Notes under the pieces: generated by a model
Told to the model about the DNA's origin: nothing
What the model saw: the letters and a program-made list of their open reading frames with translations, nothing else
The model's database searches: none
Part shown: positions 45,201 through 56,364 of the stretch, piece by piece
Numbering within the stretch: position 1 is the first letter of the stretch
Layout: each line of letters opens with the position of its first letter
Source of the DNA: Tubulanus polymorphus
Lineage: Eukaryota; Animalia; Nemertea
DNA length: 64,000 nucleotides
Assembly: GCF_964204645.1 (NCBI RefSeq)
Contig: NC_134025.1
Location: 3,720,001 to 3,784,000, forward strand
Reading direction: 5' to 3'
Position numbers and translations under genes: made by a program

Positions 45201-48200
45201 CGAGATACCTCGTTCGGTATCGGTTTGACGCGGCGACGACGATAAAGACGCGGTTCCCTCGTTGATACGACTGACCGTCACGTCGTAATTCGGCGGCGAT
45301 TTACGACGGAATCGCGGCGATAACGATAGATGTTCCGGCATGCTGTGACGCAACTGATCTAAACCGGGAACGTGCAGTACGCGATGCTTCCTCCGCATCG
45401 TAGGCGACGCCTCCTCCGATACGGGGCGCGAGAAATCCGACATCGATACCGATAAAAAGTTTCTATCTTGGTCGGTTGTTTTCGGTGAACGCGTCGGTTC
45501 TGAGGTTTGAGTCGGTTGTAGAAGTATCGGAATCCGACGCGCCGATGTAGCGTTCGATTCCAGTAAACTTCTCGCTCTTCTCGGCGAGCGATGTATATTC
45601 GATGATCTCGTTCGCACATCTGATTTCTCTTGCCCCGATTGATCAGCCATATTTATCTACGAAGAATTAGGGGCTAGATTTTAAGAGCGCGATTATTATC
45701 TTTCACCAGTCACGACGGACAACGGGGGGTCCCCTTATTAACGATATCTATGCTCTTTTACACTTGTATCCAATCAGCGACGGTACAACCGATAAACGTC
45801 GATAGATCACAGCTTATAAACATGTTCAATTATTCCCAAACTATCTGATAATGCTATATATGTCCACGTATAAATACCTACTAAATGTCCTATAACCTTA
45901 ATCACACTTAGCTCGATAAACAAACATCGCTCTTCGCCCGGAACATCGAATCCTAAATCCCGGACATACATACAATCAGTCCTATCACAACTTCACATCT
46001 CTTTCTCATACCAATTTTGCTGCTTGCCTCCAATCCGACTTCGGTCGTTGACATAAACAGTTACAGGTTTTGATCAAAATCTGTTGAAGCTACTCCTGTA
46101 CTGAGTGATCGAGTAAGTAACTGACATTCCATCTGTCAACGTTGTTGCCTAGTGTCGTTCGATAATAAATTTCCTTGTATTTCGAAATTGATTATATATT
46201 GTCCTCTGCTGCGCATTGTGCGTCAGTCGGGCTTTAATCAACCAGCAATATCCATACTGAAACACTGTCATTAAGTTACAGGTGTTCCTACACTGTTATA
46301 TATGCATATATATATATATATATATATACAGATATATATATGCTAACTGCACCCAAAGTCCGATTCAAAGAATCAGTTATAAATGCGCGTTTACGAAGAA
46401 AAGATCTGTCAATGAACCTATAGTCTAAAAAACCCGCTGCTTTCACAGTAAAAAGAAAGACACGTAAAAATCGCCGCGTAATCTGTTAGCCGATCCAGTT
46501 CCGTTCGAATTACAACCATTTCTGCTACATGATCTAACAGAAATGACATGCATCTGACAATCGGATCAGCTCTCAGCGCATTGACTTAGATCGAATGAAA
46601 TTACACTGCGTATTCAATATAAGCCTTTTGATGAGAAGCGAAGTCTTTGAAACACTTACGGTACACGAATACCTGTAAGATTAACTGATTAGACAACCAT
46701 TGTCCATTAAAGTTAAATGGATATGTTAGAATGTTTTAATCCATGAAGGAATTATTGACCTCGTACATCATTCATATCCTATTTGACACATCAGTTTTCT
46801 CAAATCGTCACCGTAAAATTCCTCGGCGAAATAGTTTCAGAAATCTCGTCAATGACCTTCGGGGCTTTTCAACATAACCCTGCTATCTCGAGCTACTCGG
46901 TCGGATGTACAGATATGTCACCAACGGGTAAAAAAAAGGCATCGAGGGTCGTTGAAATGGCTCGAAGCGCTCATTAACAAATTTTTGAGATTATACACAC
47001 AAAACGCATTCCATTTATGAATATCTATCGCGATGTACATTTTCCCATCAGAGCGGACACTTATTTTTCATACAAATCACTTCAATATCCAATATTTCAA
47101 TCCGCGTGAAACACTGACGAATGACTTAGTTTCTTGACAAAACGCTCACGATTGAAACGTATTTTCCGCACACACGCGATCGCTTGTTTTAAAATCCACG
47201 TTTTATGAGTTTGATGTACACATTTCAAGATATTCAGTCCCACATTGAACCACTTGAAATACTGCGGTTTCTTTTTAAATAGAATTTACACGCGCAGATC
47301 AGTTAACACCCTTTATAACACTGACACGATTGAGAGTTTTAAGACAATCCTCTTTGTCACTGACGCTGCCTTTCGAATTCGCCTACAAAGCGCCTTAATG
47401 TCGTTATTACCATACAAATATCCAACCCAGTTTACTTTCTTTCTATAGCTTCCCCGATATTTAGACTACGTTGTCATCGCGCGTATAAGCATTAAAACAG
47501 AACTATCCAAAATCTTCCAATACGAAAGTTAATGTTTTTCTTATACGGGAGTGCTGCGTTCGTTTATAGATTTCTAATAACGTAAAAATCCAGTTTTTAT
47601 CTAAATGAATAGATTATCGCGTCGAGTCTTTCATAGCGTTGAAGTATTTTAAGTTTCGATTCCTTGAAAATGTTCACTGTTTTTTGTAAAACTCGATCGT
47701 AGCCACAGCGTGAAATTAAGCTTAATTATCTGCGCTTACTTTGAAAGTTTTGATTGACAGGGACGAATTTAGGACATGGTCTCAGGGGTGTGAACCCATG
47801 CCTTCCCAATGAGGTTGCTCTTTTTGTCAAAATAGAGATCATCAAAACCTGAAAATTTGACACTCATCTTCTTGCGTCTTTTAGGACGTATTTTTTCGAA
47901 ATATCTTTCAAAAATATCTTGACGCTGAGGGTGGGACCTCGCTAGTGGCCACTTCATCTGAGAAATGCCTTCTTTTCAGCATTCCAATTTTCCTCGATCA
48001 GCTCCCGGATTCACTCATATCGACTCTAAATTTTCTCATGAAAATCATGCTCTCAGAAAATAGAATCAAACGAAGTCTTTAACAAGAACAACATGTTAAA
48101 GATCTTCAAATAGTATCAATTGCTATCGATTACAAAGATCAATTCAATATAGTAGGTTGAAAATAGGAATCACGTATAACCCATTATTTCAAGGTAAAGA

Positions 48201-51200
48201 TATCAAATCAACTATAAATGTTTATTCAAATGTGGGGATTTTATTGAAAGATACACACAACACTTTGCACTGAATACATACTTAATTCAGCTATAACCTA
48301 CATACATTGTATTTGACCTTAACTCTTGATATATGGCAATGTTAAGATTAAATTGGAATACTAAAAAGACATCTTTAATTCTACAATTAATAATTTCATT
48401 CCTTTGTCGGATCGATGTTTCGTGAATCGCGAAAAATGGACAAAATGAAATATAGCTTCAATAAAGTGTCAACATGAAAAATGACCTGGTATGAATAGCG
48501 AATACGGGTACATTTACGACAGTTGACTTGGTGCTGAAAGACTCTAAACACAATAAAGCCACTTTAAAAGAACAAGAAAAACAGCACTTTTTTAATGAAC
48601 TGGATTTGCCGCGGTCTAAATTAATTTCAGTCACATTTCGAAATTTACGACGACAGCTCAGTGACTATAGGCGGACAACACGACTTTGTAAAACGCAGTA
48701 CAGCACACCCGTAGCTTCAAACTATCCTCTTTAGAAAAATTTCTCGGTAAAAACTCAATAAGCTTTTGACCTATTTCTCGTAATACCTGAACGGTTATTT
48801 GGCCACTAGTCGCACAATCGAGAAATGACGTCAACTAATAATTCTTGATATAGAAAAAAAGCCATGTACTGTTAAACAAAACAAAAACAATTACCACAGA
48901 TTCAAACGCATTAATGATTGACAAATCAGTCTTGAAGATCGTTGACGTATGACGTCAGTAATCTTTGCTAGAAATCTTAAGTAACGCGACAAAAAGTTCT
49001 TGATTCAGTGAACTGAACAAACGTCATATTGTAAATAAATAGTATTAAACTGTTTTGGCATCGGATCAAAGTCGTAAGAAATTATCTCATCAGGCCACTT
49101 TACGCACGCTTTTACGATCGAAATATCGACCACTGAAAATTTCTGTAATCAAATTCCGAATTTCAATCATTATTAGATATACACTTAATCGATTTTAAGA
49201 TTAGAAGAGATAAGACCTATTCGAGTTATATTACCCTAGAAAATTTCGCGGTCAACCACTCAAATGTCGTTTAAAGATCTTTGAATAACTGTCAAATTCT
49301 AACGCGTTATCTATAGGCCTTTAACTACTGGTATTTCAATGAAGCACTTTGATTAAGTAATCCTCGACTACCATGAAAATGTTTCCTGTTCAGTAACTCA
49401 GGCGCCATCTACTGTACAAACCGCAAACAAATCTTTCAACCCCCTACATTGACGTAATACTTATAGATGGATCGCAATTAATATCGCAAATATTTTAGAT
49501 GAAAAAGTTCCATTCCTCAAAAACGAATCAATGATTTTTGTTTGCAAACATTTTGCCGAATTATGCTTTAAGTAGCGAGGTCACTGAGTGATACTTGTCA
49601 AATAAAGTTGACACCGTTATGTGAATGATTACCCCCACAGTTAACGCTAGCTAACAATGTTTGAATAAATATACAATTGAATTAAGATCAAAGCGTTCAG
49701 TTGAAATCGTAATAAATACGATAAAGACCGATCAGATTTTAATCTGTCAGCACCACCCATAATAGTTACGCAGTAGTTGCAATTTGACACTAGGGGTTAC
49801 GAATGGAATTTGCGCATTGTAAATAAGTATGCGCTGAAGAAATGGTATAAGTACATATAAGATAATGCATCGAATTATCAAAGCGTGAATATTATTTTAA
49901 ATTGTATTTTCACCGCATCAAAATAGGAATATATTTTCACCAACACACGCTTCTTCATAATTCACCGAGCTAATGTTTAAATGAAAACATTTTATTTTAT
50001 TTATCACGAAAAATGATTTCATTCGAATGAACATAACGTTATAAAATGAATGATGTCTGTGTTTCTTGCCACCACCGCACTTTTCTCCACAACAGGTTTT
50101 AAAAGGGCCGCCCCTTTCCTTTTTACATCCACCCCTCTGAAAATCAGCCACCCCTTATAAAATATCTGCTGCGCCTACCAGAAATAGAAGATTACACAAA
50201 AAACTAAGCTTAAGTTTCTGTATTTTGGGGGGATTGAAAGCCTTGCTACTTCAGCTGCCACACAATGTGAATATGCAGCCTCTTAAAAATTCCAGCGCAT
50301 GGAGAACACTGCATTGATCGTCGGGAGAATGAAAACTTACCGGGAGTAAGAGTAGAGATTCAAGGGAATGTCGGGCTGCACCACGCCTCATCTTACAAAA
50401 CTCTACAAATTCTTTGTCCGTGTTACGTTTCTTTCGTAATAACCTGAATCAGCGAAAAATATCATTTATCATCAAATACTTCATATTCATTTCTCGATTC
50501 GAGATTTACCGTAGTTTGTTCGTAAGCCATAAGGTGGCACCACTATCCAATACTTACTCTTTTACTTCTCTATACGACGCGTAATAGTCATCGTACTGGT
50601 TCCAAAAATGCTTTGAAAATAAATTACCTGCAGCAGAAAAAAATACGAATAAATCGTACTCTCGGACACAATGTGTTCATTCGAGCGAAAAGGAACCTGT
50701 CAACGATTGACTGAGGGAAGATTGAAATAGTATATATAACTCAATACAATGAATATCATTTTGCGCTGATTCACAATAATCAACATTCCTACTTGTTATT
50801 ATACATTACATATCATCGAAAAAGACTTGTGGGCTTTAGATTTTGCGAATACGTTCAGGGGTCGACGAAGTCATAATAAATATATCATCTGATAAATTAT
50901 CATTTGAAACCACATATACAATAGCTGATCCTGAAAATATGGTCTATGATAACGACAAAATAGTCAAGTCCAGTCATGCATATTGGTATCCACGCAAAAA
51001 ATATAACGCGCCGTAAAAACAGGTGCATGAATAATATTCAATACTATTCAATGTAGACGTTATCATAATAAAATATATCATGTATAATCCAATTAATACA
51101 ATATGAATCCTAACAATTGCTAAAGGTTTAAAATGGTATTATCACTTCCGCTATCACCTAAGGGTATGATAGAGACCATCTGAAATTTAAACCACTGGCA

Positions 51201-54200
51201 AACATTTTGCACAAATTGACCAATATGAAATTCCAAACATAACGAGATTTGTAAATATTATTACATATCTCGTTTTAAATGAAACAAACAGAACTTATGT
51301 TTAAAACTAATATTTGTATATCACTCGCTTTCATACATTTACATTAGGAAATCAAATATAGACAAAATAAAGTGTTTGTTTTCTTCGAGTATTGACTATA
51401 GAATTCCAGCGCGAATGATAAAATACATTACCTAATATGAAATATGGATCCCAATTATCAATCGCATCTTCCAACTGAAATCAAATCAAAAATGAGGTTC
51501 GTTAGCGAAAATTCTGAGGTACTGAAAATATGGATTTCTTTTTCTGTAAAACTTTATAGACTAGCATTAAGATACAAAAAGTTCAAAATACTCGGGGAAA
51601 ATTGATTGCGCAAAAAATAAGGATTCCCACGTAATGAGAATGGTAGCCGAAATACTTTTTTATCGTCACGTCTAGTCGGATAATATTGATTGAAATAGCA
51701 CATATGGTTTCCATACGTCGACATATACACAAATCCATGAAATAGGTAAATTGCAAATAAAAATACAACTGGTAATGGCAAGCTATGACAATACCAAGAG
51801 ATATGCATAATAGAGGTCTTTTATTTTGAAATGCGATTTTCTTCAGTCAGAAGGTTTATGGTTTATAGCTGACTGTTTTGTTAAGTGTTATAATGTCATT
51901 CTCGATGACATTAAAATTTCTAACGTAGTCGAGAACTAAATCAAGTATTGCAGCACCGCGATGTTGTTGACCTTACCCTAAGACAGATGAGTGTAGCCAG
52001 AGACAGAATCGGTCCTAAACCGGCAAACAACAATCGATGATCTTCACAACTCAATGACGTAAATTTCCTACAAATGAAACCGTATATGATATCACACACT
52101 TATTACATTCAAGCAGTTATGATTGAAGTTAAGTGAATAAGGATTGATCCAGGCCAGTATATTTTGTTGGTCGAGGTCGAGGAGGTTTTTCTGCTAGCTT
52201 GATAAATCTTAACATTCTATTCATTTCATCAATTTTTCGAAAAAGTCAAAAATCTTTTCGAATACAAAAAATACGTAAAATCTTACGGATAGATTTCAGC
52301 GATCGATAATATTTTCTTTTTTGATATGATATGATATGATTTATTTTCGAGTAAAATTTTTACAAAATTAATGAATCAGAAAATACATGAAAAATGTAAT
52401 GGTATTAAATGAAGGACTGCGTTGAAGCAACAATTAGCTTATACAAGAAAGCAGCCCTAGAGAAGAGAGGAAAAAATATACATAAGATGAATTTCAGATC
52501 GATCATTATATTAGGTGTCTGGTAGTTTAACTCTGTACAGGGGTATCTTTTCCGTGTCAAAAGAGTACGTTATATATTACTTGCAGAAGTGGTACTAGAC
52601 AATTGATAGTCACGGTTTTTTTTCTAGACACAAATACGTGAACTGGGGTATAATGTCACTGTACTTCATTTTTTCAAAGAATATTCAACACACTTTTTCA
52701 TCTAATGATATAATGTCATATCGGGCTTTTTACATAAATCAAGTTGGATCGTAAATCCTTGAGCTACATATAGTTCGAAAAAAGTAGATCGTTTTATATT
52801 TCATGAATGAAAACTCATTTTTAATGAGAGCTTAGATTTCTATTTTCAAATGTCGAAATACATTTCCATTTATTTTACCTAAATGCAATTCAATATCATC
52901 AAACCAATTTGTCTTTTGATTAAACATTAAGTACTCATTCTAAAGTTACCAAGAAATCACCATTCATTTCAAGATTACGAGCTCTTTTTGTCAACAAAAA
53001 ATCGTCACTTGACACGGCAGGGAGAAGTACTAGAAGCCAGGTGAGCTCACGTATTTTCTAACATATGTTTATTCTCCTATAATTGTCTAATGGTTCACAA
53101 GAGTAATGTGCACCAGATAAACCATTCTATCAAGCATTATTATACATTTTTGAAAATCTACGCCAGTCCCCCATTTACTACAAAAATCCATACTGCGGAG
53201 TTTAATTGACACGAAATCATCGAAATAGTGGCATTGAAACAAAACACGTAGCATGATAGTTTAACAAGCCAAAGCGATCATCCACAGCAGTGCTAGTTAG
53301 CGTATGTTTAATTCAATGAAATAGTCTGTCAACCGGCACATGGTACAAGGTTAATCGTTGATTAAAACATAGAGAGTAAAATTTTGCTAAGTACACAGAA
53401 ACCATTATGTGCGGGCAACATGTTGGAATAAATTACGAGTAGGCTACTGGATTACTGGATTACTCGAAATATCGTAAAATGTTCACCTGCTAACCTCGTT
53501 TCATTCGACATTGAAAAATTTCAATTCAGTAAATCGATAACAGGCCTGATAGATCGAGCGTCAGTGATCTCTGATAAAATGCTTCACGTATTTAATTACC
53601 TGAAAGGCTCGGCGTAAACATCCGATATGTTTCTGATGTGTTCGACGTAACTTCGTTCAGATTTATGAAATAAAACTATGACTTTTAATCGAGGATCGTC
53701 TTCTGAAAATACACGCATTACACACTGTTACAAATTCATTTTTAATGAGACAGACTTTTTTCAAATTTTTTACTGTTCGTTGAAACCCCCTAAACCCCCC
53801 TGATGCTACAGTACTAGAAAATATCAAACGTACCAACGTTAATTCCTGGATCCCAGTTATCCTCAGTGAGATCATCGATAACTAGTTTTTCTCCAATAAT
53901 CAACGTAGCATCAGCATCGACGTTGAGTATTTGATTCTGAGACATACACCTCACATTATACAGCGTTAAGCCATATTCTACTATTATATCCTGGACCAGA
54001 TCCTTAATGGTCATACCTGAATAACCAGTCACCTACAAATACAATCGATTACATGTTGCATAATAAGGGGAAAATTTCATTTTTCAGATTAGATTATTTC
54101 GAATTGGATATTCTTTAAAAAGTAGATTTAAAAGCAAGCTGCTTTCAGCAACAAAATTATTATCCAGCTCAATGAGAGTTAGTAAAGAAGAAACTTGTTA

Positions 54201-55580
54201 AAAATTGTACATATCATATTTTAGAACTCGAAATGAACATTTCTTAGTGTCTGAAAGGTGCTTGATTCAAACAACTGATCCATAAATCGAAAATATTTCC
54301 GATTCATTCACTCAATTGACCCTTCATTGATGTACCAGGTACCACTTTTTCTCGTCAAATATTGTATCGAACTAGTCTATTATGAGATATTTGAATGGAA
54401 TGTCATCTCAAGAGGATTTACCTATAAATCAAACAAGTAATGGAAAGGTTTTAATTTAAGGTCTTTTGTCTCGTCGCGGGACATTTTTTGTATTTATAAA
54501 TCTGGCATTTCGGTAAGGACATATTATGCGGAAATAGTCACTGTCAGCGGTAAAATGAAGGAAATTGCTCAATGAAAGGAACAAGAAAAGGGAACTCAAC
54601 ACAACCTTTTACAAGCTGTTATTAAACAGCTATCTTTCATTAAACGTGACCAGAAAAAAATCGATAGCTACCTACACACTGGAACCCACGACACAGTCAG
54701 TAACAACCATGAATGAAAAATGATTTTTCACATGACCAAAAATATGCGGAAAACAGAATTCAGGAAATTAGAATTCAATCACAGAACTAACAAGGCTTCC
54801 AGTGGGTTTTATCACGTCAACTATTTTCATGTTTTTACTAGCATCAGGGAATTCAGATTATATTCTACTGGTACCTATAATGTATATCAGAATGTACATC
54901 AGTGTTATCCCAACAGCGACACTGAAGTGAAGTGGGTTTTAATGATTACTAAATAGGCTAACCATCAATCATATTTCAAAAACAATTCAAGTTTTATGTC
55001 AAGACATTAAAAAAGCCAAAATAGGCCTATTGATTACATACGTATTAAGAGTACAAGCAATAAGTTTCTCATTTTAAGTTATCTCCAAGATTTTCTGAAT
55101 TAGATATTAAGTCAATGCAATCAGGTAGGTAGCCTAAGACAGTGGTAGATACTAGGCTAAGTGTATCTAAAAATATACAGTTCAAAAAGCCTGATTAATT
55201 TACAGTGCCAATAGGACCATCAATTACTTTTGGTTGGTAATATGGAATATAAATATGTTGGGTGAAAAAGTATCAAAATCGCAGAAGACATTTGAGGTAT
55301 AGACAGAGAGAGATCCTACCTTTCTTTTCTTTCCATCAGGTAAAATCATTTCCACATCAAATCTTTCCCGTCTAATGCCAAGCTTTGATTCGAGACTCTG
55401 TAATCCTTCCACATCGTCTAATCCGTCGGAAACTGACTTTGATCTTTTAGTCCGGAAAAGAGGAAGAGGGGATTTGGATGCGAGATGATCCATAGCTTTC
55501 CCCGGAATCCCCAATAACATCGCTGAAGAACGGCGTCCCCGGCGCGGATTGGGAAGCGGGGGCTTCCTCTGCAAAGCCAT
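28174..55580 (-). CDS. ARHGAP20: ARHGAP20/TAGAP-like Rho GTPase-activating protein, long isoform with architecture RBD-DH-PH-RA-RhoGAP-tail (about 1622 aa, 19 exons)
   Basis: Hand-spliced exons in transcript order, all GT-AG and phase-compatible: 55320-55580, 53834-54032, 53600-53702, 51977-52067, 51432-51474, 50558-50627, 50341-50443, 35281-35391, 35070-35183, 33685-33909, 32696-32967, 32343-32427, 32158-32235, 31668-31914, 31242-31420, 30988-31149, 30797-30906, 30357-30703, 28174-30242. Total 4869 nt, one open frame. KIRTLQHRRRSAPS and QDRYLFLFNDLLLVAK resemble vertebrate ARHGAP20 as I recall it, and the PH-RA-RhoGAP order is the ARHGAP20 signature. Confidence 0.85.
30357..31420 (-). CDS. 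ARHGAP20: RhoGAP domain exons
   Basis: GKLFGHQLSDIC...GPFVKGILRVSAN (arginine finger present)...KDFFRSLPDAV...LP..NQMLLQHLF..L..I...NNMTAYNLGVCI. Confidence 0.95.
31668..32427 (-). CDS. ARHGAP20: Ras-association (RA) domain exons
   Basis: SISIKV...TKVIAISNTDDANDCVRMCLEHY...DYQIWVVSGKESAQCPLIGHENLFSIKM...CQFILK, matching the ARHGAP20-type RA motif YQLWVxSGK...PLIGHE. Confidence 0.9.
32696..33909 (-). CDS. ARHGAP20: PH-domain exons of the ARHGAP20-like gene
   Basis: RLYILEGPVQLVS|SLQTQDRYLFLFNDLLLVAK...FKLKHRIRVCELW...SFAMGWP..NVIATFNSPEEKELWWNKI, with the conserved C-terminal PH helix Trp. Confidence 0.92.
35070..35391 (-). CDS. Two exons completing the DH domain
   Basis: 35281-35391 encodes VQRIPEYDKYLHDLLNETDQSHPDYADLSKAAVTVNK. 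35070-35183 encodes MVKEREDEMNVAENEHKVESVQDRFP. Both are phase 0-0 with canonical sites, and PVQRI...HPD is the classic DH motif. Confidence 0.88.
37893..37985 (-). CDS. Candidate short alternative first exon (MALPMKKPLIRRHSYDISDILNIQSLPLKPL)
   Basis: Good Kozak context AAAATGG, 31 open codons and a strong phase-0 donor CTC|GTAAGT. A GC-richer stretch lies upstream at about 38440-38560. Confidence 0.5.
40863..41068. mobile_element. Foldback/MITE-like element with perfect 50-bp terminal inverted repeats and an internal hairpin
   Basis: 40863-40912 (ATAACCATAGAAGCGATAACACTAAAAACCTCATTTTCTAATGAGTAAAG) is the exact reverse complement of 41019-41068. An internal 23-bp-arm hairpin with one mismatch spans 40912-40961. 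Confidence 0.8.
44094..45650 (-). CDS. Probable alternative first coding exon (519 codons, Ser/Arg/Pro-rich, disordered) of the ARHGAP20-like gene
   Basis: 522-aa ATG-initiated ORF with the same GC/CpG-rich coding style as the terminal exon. Donor GAG|GTATG at 44094 is phase 0, compatible with the acceptors at 35391, 35183 and 33909. Confidence 0.75.
46297..46341. repeat. (TA)n microsatellite, interrupted
   Basis: Directly visible TA run. Confidence 0.85.
50341..53702 (-). CDS. Five exons encoding the N-terminal part of a DH (RhoGEF) domain
   Basis: RLKVIVLFHKSERSYVEHIRNISDVYAEPF (CR1-like), then DHRLLFAGLGPIL, LEDAIDNWDPYFILGNLF, YDDYYASY and FVEFC...SLESLLLLP (start of CR3). The intron phases chain correctly. 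These exons are too short to show in the ORF track. Confidence 0.82.
53834..55580 (-). CDS. Exons 1-2 of the long isoform: N-terminus and Raf-like Ras-binding domain (RBD)
   Basis: Spliced peptide FDVEMILPDGKKRK|VTGYSGMTIKDLVQDIIVEYGL...LNVDADATLIIGEKLVID fits the Raf RBD pattern (LPxxxxxxVxxxxGMSLxDxL...GL...DAxxLIGEELxVD). Donor AAG|GTAGG at 55320; acceptor TAG|GTG at 54032. Confidence 0.8.
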
Positions 55581-56364
55581 CTTTCACATTTTGTACGTTC
55601 ACAACATTTATCGTATAAACCCGTGGATTTTGGTGCGACTTCCAACCATTTTGAAGCTCCCGGGTGCTTCTTATCCGCAATATTATTTCTGTGTCGATAA
55701 AATGTCAATAATGGATTGTAGCTGACGTCATTTTGATAGAACGGAATCCCCGAGATCGGGGTAGCTCCGAGAATATTCAAGTCAGAGTATCGATTTTTCA
55801 CGGCCGTGCACCCAATATCCAAACTAGGGAATACTCCATGAATCCTTTCGGAACTTGTTCCGTGTAATTAATTGTCAAAGCAGATTTTAAGTAGAATCTG
55901 GGATTTATAGATGCAGGGAGTTTCTAATTTTCCGGTTACAATAGTTTTAATCTTTTTTTCTAGAATTTGCTGTGTATTTTCCCAGAACCCGTCATGGAAT
56001 CCTTGACTTTCGTTGCCCGCGTCGAAATATTATACAGAGATCATTTTAAGGACAATGACACAAGCACCGTTAGTAGTTGCTAATTAAACCGACTAATTAC
56101 CAATGGCACTATATGTTTGACGTTAATCCGTAGTCATGGCTACTTTCAATTGTTCACAGTACGGAATCAATAGCGTTGGGGATTCCGCAGTTCGAAATAT
56201 TAATTATATATGTATATACACGCATACATAACCAGCTTGTATATAACAACACCACGTACAGCTGCTACGCTTGCGTTAATCTGAATTTCAAATACATATG
56301 TCGAAGCTATGACATATATGACCACCTACAAAACGATTAGATAAATGACGAGGAAAAAGCGAAA
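55581..56364. promoter_or_regulatory. Probable bidirectional promoter and 5' UTR region
   Basis: The divergent start codons at 55580 (-) and 56365 (+) are only 784 bp apart. A CRE palindrome TGACGTCA lies at 55723-55730. Confidence 0.5.

Noticed and set aside
53772-53817. GAAACCCCCTAAACCCCCC...GCTACAGTACT, resembling a MITE terminus; similar GC patches near 50105-50240 and 4496-4530
   Set aside because: No matching second terminus was found, so they are too fragmentary to call.
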